A stretch of DNA of 56,603 nt, the filler included, from Nitrospiraceae bacterium (GTDB taxonomy: Bacteria; Nitrospirota; Nitrospiria; Nitrospirales; UBA2166): NCBI GenBank assembly GCA_002726235.1. It is 3 parts of 3 records of this genome, joined end to end, with 100 filler letters (N's around TTAATTAATTAA, not from the genome) between each part and the next. Parts side by side here need not be neighbours in the genome. Positions count along the whole stretch, not along the records: positions 1 to 22,889 come from PBSN01000014.1; positions 22,990 to 49,184 come from PBSN01000015.1; 1 more part is not named here. One strand, written 5' to 3'. The notes beneath the pieces are model-generated. The model had not been told where the DNA came from. It did not search any database and saw only the letters and a list, made by a program, of their open reading frames with translations. Position 1 is the stretch's first letter, and every line of letters starts with the position of its first letter. Positions 19,152 to 33,023 of this stretch are shown here, in pieces. The translations under genes were made by a program, and so were the position numbers.

Positions 19152-21218
19152 TTGAAATATGCAGTTATATCAATGACATGCGTTGAGCATGCGACCCCCA
19201 TACCTCTCACGCCTTCCATGCTCATCATGACTCGGCATGACTTTGTTGGATTGTACAACCGGCATGCTAGCCGTACTCACCCCACCTTCAACACATGGCG
19301 GGGTCGAGCACAGCCAATTTCCAAGGCGCCCTCAAACGTATACGTGGTCACAGCTGATGACATTATCCAGTCCGGTGCTGTCGATGTGCCAAGTGCGTTA
19401 CGGCGTGTGCCAGGTATTGAGATCATCCAAATGACGGGTGGCCAGTACGACATCAGGGTGCGCGGCAATAACCAAGAATGGGAGACAGGATCCAGCAGAC
19501 TGTTGATCCTCATTGATGGCCGCTCAATTTACGATGATACCAGTGGGCAAGGGGGAATCAATTGGAAGGCTCTTCCAATCACACTCCCCGAAATCAAACA
19601 AATCGAAGTGCTGAAAGGACCCGCGTCGTCCGTGTATGGGTATAACGCCTTCGACGGAGTCATTGACATCATTACAAAGTCACCGGAAGAAATGGAAGGC
19701 TCCACGCTCCAACTTGCCGGAGGTGAATTTGGCACCGTGACAAGTTCGGCCGTACACGCTGGCCACGTAGGCAACCTGGGCTATCGCATCTCGGCAGGCC
19801 ACGATCAAAACTCACAGTGGGACGAGCCGGATGCCCTGGGATTCCGCGCAAACAAGTTCAATGTCCACACAAAATATGACCTCCCCGATTCTGGCATCCT
19901 GACCGCCGAAGGCGGCATGACCGATACGAACCGGTACGATGGACCAGTGCAGGAAGCCATTCACGCATCAGCCACACGAACAGACACCTACGCAAGGCTT
20001 GGCTACGCGAAAAAGGAATTTTATATCCGAGGATTTTGGCGGAGAACAGACGCTACCTCTGACAATGGCATACACCCATCCCTGACATCGGCGCTAACGG
20101 GTAAACCCTTTGTCCAAATCCTAGGATCAGACCGCGCTGAAACATTATCAATTCCAACCAACACCTTTGACCTTGAAACCCAAAATGCCTTTACATTACC
20201 CACATTTGGTCATTTCACCTATGGCGCGAATTATCGCCACATCACAGTTGGCGGCAATCTGCTTGACGAGGAGCACAACAAAGAACATCGCTTTGGCGTC
20301 TATCTCGAGAATGAATGGTAGGCGTTGGAAAAATTGACCATCGTGACTGGCGCCCGCGCCGATTTCCATTCGGAGATTAATCCGACATTCAGTCCCAGGC
20401 TTGCCTTGCTCTATGCCCTGCAAGAAAATCAGACAATTCGCGCGGCTGGATCAGTGGCCTACAGGTCCCCAACACTCACACACAGCAGTGCTCATCAGAT
20501 CAGTGTCAACACCATCCCCACCGGGGCACCACCACCACACCACATCTTTGAACGTGAGGTTCCAATCACAGGATCCCTTAATCTCAAGCCAGAAAAGATC
20601 ATTTCCTACGAGGCCGACTATCAAGGATGGTTTTGGAACCATCGTCTCCGGTTCCGCAGTGATCTCTTTTACAACCAGATTACGAATCAAATTGTAACGA
20701 GAGACAGTGCCAATATCATTGGCATAACATCAAGCTTGGAAACGCAGAATGACCTTGGATCCACCAATATCTATGGTGGCGAAACCGGGATCGAGGTGTT
20801 ACTTGCCCCGTGGCTCACAGGATATACAAACTATACCTATCAGGAATCGTCTGTCACTACCGACGGCCCCTCTGCCCAGCGAGGAATTCCACGCTCAAAA
20901 TTCAATGCAGGGTTACGCGGTGACTGGGAAAGCGGCCTGAGTGGCGAAATCAACCTTCATCACATCGGAGTTGCGCAGTACGGTTCCATCACACGGTTCT
21001 CCGAATTTGCGAGCTTAGGGCTGATCCCTTCGGACGCCGTTCCCAATAGCAGAGTAGACGGCTATACACTGCTGAACCTGCGTGGCGGCTACATGTATGA
21101 TGATGGTACGGAAGTCGCATTCTCTATCTTCAATGCCCTGAACGACAAACACCGGGAACATCCGCTCGGCGAGCTTCTTAGTACCCGTATTATGCTGTGG
21201 CTGACACGGCACTTCTAG
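19152..21218 (+). pseudogene. TonB-dependent receptor with an in-frame amber stop and no signal peptide
   Basis: Plug motifs from about 19311 (QPISKAPSNVYVV, LRRVPG, LILIDGR, IEVLKGPASSVYG); single TAG at 20319-20321 with the same frame continuing to a C-terminal Phe. Confidence 0.85.
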
Positions 21219-21397
21219 CACCACACGCCCCCCTCACCCGATGACCCATCAACATTGCGCGCTTCTCCCTGCTATCATCCGCTAGACATTGTTGCCACAA
21301 TGATAAAATTGTAGTATTTTGTGGCATTATTTGATCATAATATGACTACTTAGCTAGAGTTATGCGATAATTTAAGCAGCACAGACGACATGGGCCA

Positions 21398-22153
21398 ATG
21401 AACATGAAATGGTATGGGCACATCGCATGGATTCTCGTAACCATCACACCATGCCACGCCGACGAAGTTACCATCGCGGTAGCATCAAACTTTCGCGTGC
21501 CCATGGAAGTGATCGCTGACGCATTCACAACCCAGACCAAGCATCATGTAACAATCAGCGCTGCATCAACCGGAAAACTGTACGCGCAAATCACGCACGG
21601 CGCCCCCTTTGAAGTGTTGCTCGCAGCCGACACGCGACACCCCCAACTTCTCATCGACCAAGGCATTGCGGTCGAAGGCTCCGTATTCACGTATGCCGTT
21701 GGCCGTCTCACGCTATGGAGTCCAAATCCCACCCACGTGATTGATGATCTGAATGCGCTGCGTCGAGATGGAATTCGACACGTCGCAATGGCCAATCCAA
21801 AAACCGCCCCCTATGGACAGGCGACCTACGAAGTTCTCAGCGGCGCAGGTCTCTTGAGATCACTCCAACATCGGATCGTGCAGGGGGAAAATATCGGGCA
21901 GGCATTCCAGTTCGTTGCCTCAGGCAACGCGGAAATAGGCTTTGTTGCACTATCGCAAGTACTCAACCCGCGTAACCGTCACCCTGGCAATCGCTGGGAC
22001 GTACCACAACATCTCCATGCCCCACTCGAACAGAACGCGGTTCTTTTGAGAAAAGGACAATCGCATGAACCAGCTAAAACCTTTCTCCGCTTTCTGCGTG
22101 AGCCTTTTGCACGCCAAGTCATTCACAATTTCGGATATGGATTGAGAGGGTAA
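21398..22153 (+). CDS. modA: molybdate ABC transporter substrate-binding protein
   Basis: AVASNF, ASTGKLYAQI, ANPKTAPYG, GENIGQ. Confidence 0.93.
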   Translation: MNMKWYGHIAWILVTITPCHADEVTIAVASNFRVPMEVIADAFTTQTKHHVTISAASTGKLYAQITHGAPFEVLLAADTRHPQLLIDQGIAVEGSVFTYAVGRLTLWSPNPTHVIDDLNALRRDGIRHVAMANPKTAPYGQATYEVLSGAGLLRSLQHRIVQGENIGQAFQFVASGNAEIGFVALSQVLNPRNRHPGNRWDVPQHLHAPLEQNAVLLRKGQSHEPAKTFLRFLREPFARQVIHNFGYGLRG

Positions 22154-22274
22154 TGCAAGAACAATTTCATACTCGGCCACCTCGAACCACCCAATGTCCT
22201 GCTGTTCATGCGGTGGTGTCGAAAAAACTCGTCCAGCACGGCCATCTCTGGCGGACTGTTCCAACACCCCAATA

Positions 22275-22889
22275 ATGCTGAGTCACGACGATCTCCAAGC
22301 CCTCTGGCTCACTCTGCAACTTGCCACAGTCACCGTATGTGTACTGCTAATTGTCGGAACGCCAATGGCGTGGTGGCTCGCCCACTCGCGTTCAAAATTT
22401 CGAACCGCTGTCGAAGCAGTGGTAGCCTTACCCCTTGTTCTTCCACCAACCGTATTGGGCTTCTATCTTCTTATCGCGATGAGCCCCCAAGGGATAATTG
22501 GCGCACCATGGTTACAATTCACTGACGCAACCCTTTCATTCTCGTTTACGGCACTAGTTATCGCCTCAGCGTTGTACTCCCTTCCCTTTGTGGTACAACC
22601 ACTACAGACATCCTTCGAAGCAATCGGGGTCGTGCCATTGGAAACAGCATCAATGCTCCGCGCATCCCCTGTAGACACATTTATTAGCGTGGCATCTCCG
22701 TTGGCATTGCGTGGATACATCACAGCAACAGTCTTAGGATTTGCACATACCCTCGGTGAGTTCGGAGTAGTGTTGATGGTAGGAGGAAGTATCCCAGGAA
22801 AAACAAAGGTGCTCTCGATCTCAATTTACGATCATGTGGAGACCCTGGAATATGCTCAGGCTCACGCCCTCTCAGGAGGATTGCTCCTG
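22275..22889 (+). CDS. modB: molybdate ABC transporter permease (3'-truncated by contig end)
   Basis: LPLVLPPTVLGFYLL, FAHTLGEFG; follows modA. Confidence 0.92.
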
Positions 22890-22989
22890 NNNNNNNNNNN
22901 NNNNNNNNNNNNNNNNNNNNNNNNNNNNNNNNNTTAATTAATTAANNNNNNNNNNNNNNNNNNNNNNNNNNNNNNNNNNNNNNNNNNNN
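22890..22989. other. artificial contig spacer
   Basis: N-run + TTAATTAATTAA (stops in all six frames) + N-run. Confidence 0.98.
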
Positions 22990-23167
22990 CGCCGCCTACA
23001 TGCTCGGGATGTTTCAACGGATGGCACTGGGCCCTGTCTCCCCTCAGAGCGCTACTTTGTCAGACCTGACTCGCCGCGAGGTGGCGACTGTTATTCCGCT
23101 GATCTTGGCGATATTTGCCGTTGGCCTCTACCCAACCTTCATGCTGGATGTAATGCACATGAGTGTC
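22990..23167 (+). repeat. 178-bp near-identical segment shared by two tandem nuoM-like genes (other copy 24571-24748)
   Basis: 4 mismatches in 178 nt by hand alignment. Confidence 0.93.
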
Positions 23168-23236
23168 ACCACTCTCTTGCAAGACTTGCCGCAGATACCG
23201 ACACTCCAGATCGCGGAAGTGCTCACCACGCCATGA
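22990..23236 (+). CDS. NuoM/MrpD-like antiporter subunit, 3' end only
   Basis: AAYMLGMFQRMALG...GLYP; paralogous to the next gene. Confidence 0.85.
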
Positions 23237-23308
23237 GGGGATTATTGAAAACTGTTGTTATTAAGAAGATAAGCGTATCGAGCTTTTGTTCCCGCAGATC
23301 ATGAAAGG

Positions 23309-24817
23309 GTGAACATGGATAATTTGGTCTCCCATCTGGTGAGTTGGATTGTGTTAACCCCAATTCTGGGCTTGGCCATCATCGGATTCCTCCGCAATGC
23401 TGGCGCCATACGCTGGACAACTCTCGGCATCACACTGCTTACGCTCGGACTCGCGGTAGACCTGTGGGTAAACTTTGACTACGCAGTCGGCGGACCACAA
23501 TTCATAGACCGCGTAGCGTGGATACCGGCCTTCAGCATTCAGTACGCGGTTGGCGTGGACGGCATCAGCTTGCTGCTGGTTCTGCTCACCGCATTCCTTG
23601 TCCCTTTGTGCGTCCTGGGATCCTGGCGAAGCATCACGAAAAACGTAAAGGTCTTCATGATGCTCCTTCTCCTAGTGGAAGGGGCCATAATGGGCGTGTT
23701 TACTGCCCTGGACGCCTTCCTCTTCTTCTTTTTCTGGGAAATCACAATGATTCCCACGTATTTCCTGATCTTATTCTGGGGAGGGCCCAAGCGAACCCAA
23801 GCAGCAATCAAATTCCTCTTGTTCAGCCTAACGGGAAGTCTCCTGCTGCTCATTGGGATTTTGTCCCTGTACCTCGTGGGAGGCACATTCGATATGCTGG
23901 CACTCACGCAGGTGGCATATGCACCCGAGGTTCAGTTTTGGATTTTCCTGGCACTGTTTGTGGGATTTTCTATCAAAGTGCCTATGCTCCTCGTCCACAG
24001 TTGGCTTGCGGAGGCGCACTCGGAGGCACCAACGGCAGGCAGCGTTATCCTCTCTGGACTCTTGCTCAAGATGGGGACATACGGATTTCTTCGCTTCTGT
24101 CTCCCGATCTTTCCCGAGACCTCGGTAGCATTCGCCCCGTTCATCCAGTGGCTCTCCGTCCTAGCTATTCTCTACGGCGGCGCCATGGCCCTTGCACAAC
24201 ATGATTTCAAACGCCTTATCGCCTATTCCTCCATCGCCCATATGGGATTCGTCACCTTGGGTATTTTTGGGTTCAACAATCAAAGCGTCCAAGGCGCCGT
24301 CCTTCAGATGGTCAATCACGGAATTACCACCGGTGCCCTGTTCCTCATAGCTGGCATGTTGTACGACCGCACGCATGACCGGACGATCGACAATTATGGA
24401 GGGTTGCATCAGGTGATGCCGAGATTCGTGGTGGTTTTAGGCATTTTTGTCGTGGCAGCCTTTGGATTGCCGGGAACCGGAAATTTCATCGGAGAGTTCC
24501 TCGTTTTGGCCGGAACTCTCTCGCATAGTTACCTCATGGTCCTGCTTGTCTTGGCAGGAATTGTGCTTGGCGCCGCCTACATGCTCGGGATGTTTCAACG
24601 GATGGCACTGGGCCCTGTCTCCCCTCAGAACGCTACTTTGCCAGACCTGACTCGCCGCGAGGTGGCGACTGTTATTCCGCTGATCTTGGCGGTATTTGCC
24701 GTTGGCCTCTACCCAACCTTCATGCTGGATGTAACGCACATGAGTGTCGCGGTCTTGGTCAAAGATCTAGCCCAAGTTCAACCGCTTCAGATCATAGAAA
24801 CATTAACTGCACCATGA
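23309..24817 (+). CDS. nuoM: NuoM-like (complex I subunit 4) proton-translocating membrane protein
   Basis: VGVDGIS, FFFFWE, HSWLAEAHSEAPT, LLKMG, RLIAYSSIAHMG, QMVNHG, LPGTGNFIGE. Confidence 0.9.
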   Translation: MNMDNLVSHLVSWIVLTPILGLAIIGFLRNAGAIRWTTLGITLLTLGLAVDLWVNFDYAVGGPQFIDRVAWIPAFSIQYAVGVDGISLLLVLLTAFLVPLCVLGSWRSITKNVKVFMMLLLLVEGAIMGVFTALDAFLFFFFWEITMIPTYFLILFWGGPKRTQAAIKFLLFSLTGSLLLLIGILSLYLVGGTFDMLALTQVAYAPEVQFWIFLALFVGFSIKVPMLLVHSWLAEAHSEAPTAGSVILSGLLLKMGTYGFLRFCLPIFPETSVAFAPFIQWLSVLAILYGGAMALAQHDFKRLIAYSSIAHMGFVTLGIFGFNNQSVQGAVLQMVNHGITTGALFLIAGMLYDRTHDRTIDNYGGLHQVMPRFVVVLGIFVVAAFGLPGTGNFIGEFLVLAGTLSHSYLMVLLVLAGIVLGAAYMLGMFQRMALGPVSPQNATLPDLTRREVATVIPLILAVFAVGLYPTFMLDVTHMSVAVLVKDLAQVQPLQIIETLTAP

Positions 24818-25047
24818 CCATTCCCAATGTCTTTGATGTCCATGATGCTTAGACACGGTGCTTTGTGAGAGTCCACCTTGAATAAAATAACGGTATCGTT
24901 TGTGCGCATTTTTACACCTTTACCTTTTCAACGTGTGCTATGATCCGACCCCAGTTGAGGGGGATTATGTGAACTACCAGTATGGCTCAACTACACACAG
25001 CGCGCCATACGTAACCCTATTGCAGATGCGGGAAGGCATGTTTCAGA

Positions 25048-26712
25048 ATGAGCAACGATAACCCTACTCTTCCAAAAACCGGAATCCCGGGCCTCACTGC
25101 CCACTTCAAAGCAGATTTTGTCTCGGGGGCAATGATTTCGTTGATTGCACTGCCCTTGTGTCTTGGGATTGCGTTGGCATCAGGCGTGCCTCCAATTGCG
25201 GGATTATTCACCGCCATTATCGGTGGCATATTAGCCTCGCGTGTTAATGGTTCCTTCGTAACCATTAGTGGCCCAGCAGCTGGGTTAATTGTGGTCAATC
25301 TCGGCGCGGTAGCAAGTCTTGGCGGACTCGATCCGACTCCGGAAATGCAAGCGCAAGGCTTAACATACGCCGCCGGGTATCCCTATGCCCTCGCGGCCAT
25401 GCTGGTGGCTGGCGGCTTTATCATGCTGTTCGGGTTGTTGCGGGTTGGGAAATTGGGAGATTTTTTTCCCACCTCGGTAATTCACGGCATGTTGGCAGGC
25501 ATTGGCGCGATCATTATCGTCAAACAGTTCTTTGTAGCCTTGGGCACCGAGTCCAATGCCGCCCCTGGCGGTCATGGCCTCACGGGAGACATTCTCGCCA
25601 TTCCGAACGGATTTATGACCCTCAACCCCCTTATCACACTCATCGGCATTGTAAGCATCGCCATTATTGTGATCCATCCGTACATAAAAATTGGATTCCT
25701 CCGCGCCATTCCAGCGCCTATGTGGGTTATCCTCGTGACAATTCCGCTTGGACGCTATCTGGACATTGCGACAGAGCGATCCTATGAATTCATGGGTACC
25801 GTATACCAACTCGGACCACAGTATCTCGTCCGACTTCCAGAGAACGTCATGGACGGAGTCGTCTTTCCGGACTTTGGAAAAATCGCGGAAATGGCGTTCT
25901 GGTTCGCGGTACTCTCTATTGCGCTCGTGACCACGATCGAGTCCATGCTGAGTGCGGTGGCCGTTGACTCGCTTGATCCCCATAAGCGGCGAACGAATCT
26001 AGACAAGGATGTATTTGGTATGGGCGCTGGTTCGGCTGGTTCGGCCGTGATCGGCGGTCTCCCGATGATTTCTGAAATCGTGCGCAGTTCAGCGAATGTG
26101 ACCAACGGAGCGCAAACGCAGTGGTCGAATTTCTGGCATGGCACGTTCCTCCTTGTCTTTCTGCTGTTTGGAAAGGCGCTCATTGACATGATCCCGCTGG
26201 CTGCCCTCGCTGCCATGCTCATCACAGTCGGGTTTAGACTCGCCTCCCCGAAAGAATTTGCGCATGTACTGCACATCGGCAAGAATCAGCTTTTCCTGTT
26301 TGTCTTGACAATGGTCATGGTGGTTGCGACAGACCTTTTGGTTGGGGTGGCTACTGGAATCGTTGCCAAGATGATTATTCACCTGTACTTTGGCGCACCA
26401 GTCATGAATGCGTTTAAGGCAGAGATTACGACGACCCCTATTCAGGGTGGAGAGCTCATCAAGATCAAAGATGCAGTGATCTTTTCGAATTATCTGTCCA
26501 TCAAGGGGTATGTTTTAAAATTGGATAAGGATACGAAGAAAAATATCACACTTGATTTCGCGGAAGTTAATTTGGTTGACCATTCAGTGATGGCAGCCCT
26601 GCACAATCTCAAAAATCTCTTGGCCGAACGTGGACAAACATTGACATTGGCGAATATGGACCATATGACTCCGGTGTCAGAGCATCCACTGGCCGCACGG
26701 CTTGGGATCTGA
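25048..26712 (+). CDS. SulP/SLC26 anion (possibly bicarbonate) transporter with STAS domain
   Basis: ALPLCLGIALASG, ISGPAAGL, GGLPMISEIVRSSAN, C-terminal STAS. Confidence 0.9.
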   Translation: MSNDNPTLPKTGIPGLTAHFKADFVSGAMISLIALPLCLGIALASGVPPIAGLFTAIIGGILASRVNGSFVTISGPAAGLIVVNLGAVASLGGLDPTPEMQAQGLTYAAGYPYALAAMLVAGGFIMLFGLLRVGKLGDFFPTSVIHGMLAGIGAIIIVKQFFVALGTESNAAPGGHGLTGDILAIPNGFMTLNPLITLIGIVSIAIIVIHPYIKIGFLRAIPAPMWVILVTIPLGRYLDIATERSYEFMGTVYQLGPQYLVRLPENVMDGVVFPDFGKIAEMAFWFAVLSIALVTTIESMLSAVAVDSLDPHKRRTNLDKDVFGMGAGSAGSAVIGGLPMISEIVRSSANVTNGAQTQWSNFWHGTFLLVFLLFGKALIDMIPLAALAAMLITVGFRLASPKEFAHVLHIGKNQLFLFVLTMVMVVATDLLVGVATGIVAKMIIHLYFGAPVMNAFKAEITTTPIQGGELIKIKDAVIFSNYLSIKGYVLKLDKDTKKNITLDFAEVNLVDHSVMAALHNLKNLLAERGQTLTLANMDHMTPVSEHPLAARLGI

Positions 26713-26802
26713 GGACGCCTTGTCACAACGTTGGCGCATCGATGTTTCATAGTTTCGTGGCGCCATCTGAAACGGAATTGCATTTGAAATACGCCTAGCC
26801 AT

Positions 26803-26835
26803 ATGTCCTGCCCCAGATTCGCTGGGGCAGGACAT
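26803..26835. terminator. hairpin between convergent sulP and gyrA
   Basis: ATGTCCTGCCCCAG-attcg-CTGGGGCAGGACAT, perfect 14-bp stem; no clear U-tract. Confidence 0.55.
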
Positions 26836-26942
26836 GGCTGTGGGGCCTACCAATCCCTCGCAAGTACCCGAGACCGTCGATGCTAGCTAGGAATCTCTTA
26901 CGAATTTCTTGGGGATTGTCTGCCTTGTAGGGCGGTTGGGAT

Positions 26943-29396
26943 CTAGGAACTAGGCTGTTCGATGTTCGCCTCATTGGCAAGCTTTGCTACCCCAACGACG
27001 CGATCAGTATCTTGGGTGCCCATGAGCTTGACACCCTGAGTGTTTCGCCCAATTTCTCGAATGTTGGTGATCGGGCAGCGGAGGACTTTCCCTTCGGCAG
27101 TCATGATCATGATTTCATCCTCCTCGCTGACTTGAAGGAACGCGACCGCATTGCCATTTCGTTTTGTCGTTTTCACAGAAATAACGCCCTTGCCGGCACG
27201 ACCCTGTGTTCGGTAGCTATCTGACGAACTTCGTTTTCCAAAGCCGTTCTCTGTGACGGTAAGAATCGTCGCCTTTGTGTTCGGTGCAAGTGTCTGCATC
27301 CCGATGACTGTATCGCCCTTCACCAAGCTGATACCCCTCACGCCACGCGAGGGCCGTCCAACGGATCGGGCGTATTTTTCCTTGAATCGAATGACCAGCC
27401 CACTCTGCGTTCCCAGCATGAGATCGTGGTGTCCGTCGGTAACTTCAGTGGCAATCAACTTGTCGCCTTCGTCAAGCTTGATGGCAATAATGCCTCCACT
27501 TCTTGGATGACTATACGCCGAAAGCGCCGTCTTCTTTACAACCCCATTCTTGGTCCCCATCACAACATACCGGTCATCTCGAAATTCACTGACGGGAAGG
27601 ACAGTGGTCACATGTTCGTCGTCTGCCAAGGCGAGCAGATTGACGATCGCGCGTCCCTTGGTGTTGCGGCCAGCTTCGGGAAGTTCATGCACCTTCAACC
27701 AATAGACCTTGCCCCCATCAGTGAAAAAGAGCAGATAGTCGTGTGTCGATCCCAGATACAGATTTGAGACAAAATCCTCCTCGCGGATACCCATGCCTGT
27801 ACTGCCCTGCCCACCCCGTCGTTGGGATCGATACAACGACGCTGGAGTGCGTTTGATGTACCCCGCATTTGAGATGGTAATGGCCATATCCTCTTGCGCA
27901 ATAAGATCTTCAATGGTCATATCTTCGGCGTATGGAATGATTTCTGTGCGCCGTGTTTCAGGATATTGCGCTTTGATTTCTCCGAGCTCTGTGCGAATGA
28001 TGCCTCGCACTAAGTCCTCGCTGGCAAGCACTGACCGCAAATGAGCAATACGTTCAGTGACATCACGATACTCTTGCATCAATTTTTCTCGCTCAAGTCC
28101 GGTCAGGCTCTGCAAACGCAGAGTACAAATGGCAGTTGCTTGAATGTCACTCATCTCGAACTGCTGCATCAGCCCAGCTCGTGCATCTTGCGGTGTGTCG
28201 GCGTTGCGGATGAGCGCGATGACCGCATCAAGGTTATCGAGGGCACGGGTTAATCCTTCAAGAATATGCGCCCGTTCGAGCGCCTTCTTGAGTTCAAAGG
28301 AAGTTCGGCGAACGACGACTTCCTGACGATGCTTGATAAACTCACTAAGCGCGTCTTTCAACGTCAGGATCTGCGGTGTGTTCCGCACCAGTGCAAGAAG
28401 GATAATGCCAAACGACGTTTGAAGCGGCGTCATCTTATACAGCTGGTTAAGCACGATCGCAGGGATTTGTCCTTTCTTCAGGTCCAGCACGACGCGAATC
28501 CCATCTCGGTCTGACTCATCCCGAAGATCGGAAACACCTTCAACCTTCTTGTCTCGAATGAGATCCGCAATCCGTTCCATCAATTTCGATTTGTTGAGCT
28601 GAAACGGCAGCTCCGTAATGACAAGAGATTCCCGGTCCTTCCGCTCATCTGTTTCTACGGCTGCACGTCCGCGAAGAGTGATAATCCCGCGTCCCGTCTC
28701 ATAGGCTGATTTAATCCCTTGAGAACCAAAGATCATTCCTTTGGTCGGAAAATCCGGGCCTGGAATGAACTGCATCAATTGTTCGACAGTGATATTCGCA
28801 TTATCCATAAGGGCCAACAGCCCATCAATAAGTTCGGCAGCACAATGCGGCGGTATCTTCGTCGCCATGCCCACAGCAATACCTTCCGATCCATTCATCA
28901 GAAGGTTCGGAGCTTTCGAGGGCAACACGACAGGTTCGACGGACGATTCGTCATATGTCGGACGGAAATCCACAGTTTCCCTGTCGATATCCGTAAGCAA
29001 TGCCTCCGCAAGAGGAGTGAGCCTCGCTTCGGTATAGCGCATGGCGGCTGGAGGATCGCCATCAATGGACCCAAAGTTGCCTTGGCCATCGACCATTGGA
29101 TAACGCATGTTGAAGGCTTGCGCCATCCTGACCTCAGAGTCATAGATCGCGGAGTCACCGTGGGGATGATAGTTCCCCATGATTTCGCCAACGATCTTGG
29201 CCGATTTGCGATAGGCCCGATTCGACGCCAGACCCATCTCGTTCATGCCATGTAGAATCCGGCGATGAACCGGCTTGAGACCATCACGTACATCCGGCAG
29301 CGCACGGCCTACGATCACACTCATCGCATAGGCCATATACGATGAACGCATCTCGTCTTCTAAAGCAATATGGTCGAGTTGTTCTTCAAGTCCCAT
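26943..29396 (-). CDS. gyrA: DNA gyrase subunit A
   Basis: RALPDVRDGLKPVHRR, HPHGD, AAMRYTE, GyrA-box QRRGGQG. Confidence 0.98.
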   Translation of the reverse strand: MGLEEQLDHIALEDEMRSSYMAYAMSVIVGRALPDVRDGLKPVHRRILHGMNEMGLASNRAYRKSAKIVGEIMGNYHPHGDSAIYDSEVRMAQAFNMRYPMVDGQGNFGSIDGDPPAAMRYTEARLTPLAEALLTDIDRETVDFRPTYDESSVEPVVLPSKAPNLLMNGSEGIAVGMATKIPPHCAAELIDGLLALMDNANITVEQLMQFIPGPDFPTKGMIFGSQGIKSAYETGRGIITLRGRAAVETDERKDRESLVITELPFQLNKSKLMERIADLIRDKKVEGVSDLRDESDRDGIRVVLDLKKGQIPAIVLNQLYKMTPLQTSFGIILLALVRNTPQILTLKDALSEFIKHRQEVVVRRTSFELKKALERAHILEGLTRALDNLDAVIALIRNADTPQDARAGLMQQFEMSDIQATAICTLRLQSLTGLEREKLMQEYRDVTERIAHLRSVLASEDLVRGIIRTELGEIKAQYPETRRTEIIPYAEDMTIEDLIAQEDMAITISNAGYIKRTPASLYRSQRRGGQGSTGMGIREEDFVSNLYLGSTHDYLLFFTDGGKVYWLKVHELPEAGRNTKGRAIVNLLALADDEHVTTVLPVSEFRDDRYVVMGTKNGVVKKTALSAYSHPRSGGIIAIKLDEGDKLIATEVTDGHHDLMLGTQSGLVIRFKEKYARSVGRPSRGVRGISLVKGDTVIGMQTLAPNTKATILTVTENGFGKRSSSDSYRTQGRAGKGVISVKTTKRNGNAVAFLQVSEEDEIMIMTAEGKVLRCPITNIREIGRNTQGVKLMGTQDTDRVVGVAKLANEANIEQPSS

Positions 29397-29421
29397 GGGT
29401 ACAATCCAGAGAAGTCAAAAT

Positions 29422-32999
<3,578 letters not shown>

Positions 33000-33023
33000 C
33001 GAGTGTCCTCCCCCGCGCGCGAG

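Noticed and set aside
20319..20321. Pyrrolysine or amber recoding in the TonB receptor
   Set aside because: TAG ends several intact genes here (narK, clpP, clpX, nrdJ), no pyl genes are seen, and the gene also lacks its N terminus.
21300..21397. ModE box upstream of modA
   Set aside because: Only a weak partial match (GTTATGC...), not enough to call.
22934..22945. TTAATTAATTAA palindrome between N-runs (again at 49229-49240)
   Set aside because: Artificial six-frame-stop linker; adjacency across it has no biological meaning.
22990..24748. nuoM repeat pair as a diversity-generating retroelement TR/VR
   Set aside because: Mismatches are not confined to adenines of one copy, both copies are coding, and the only RT is a copia RT on another contig.
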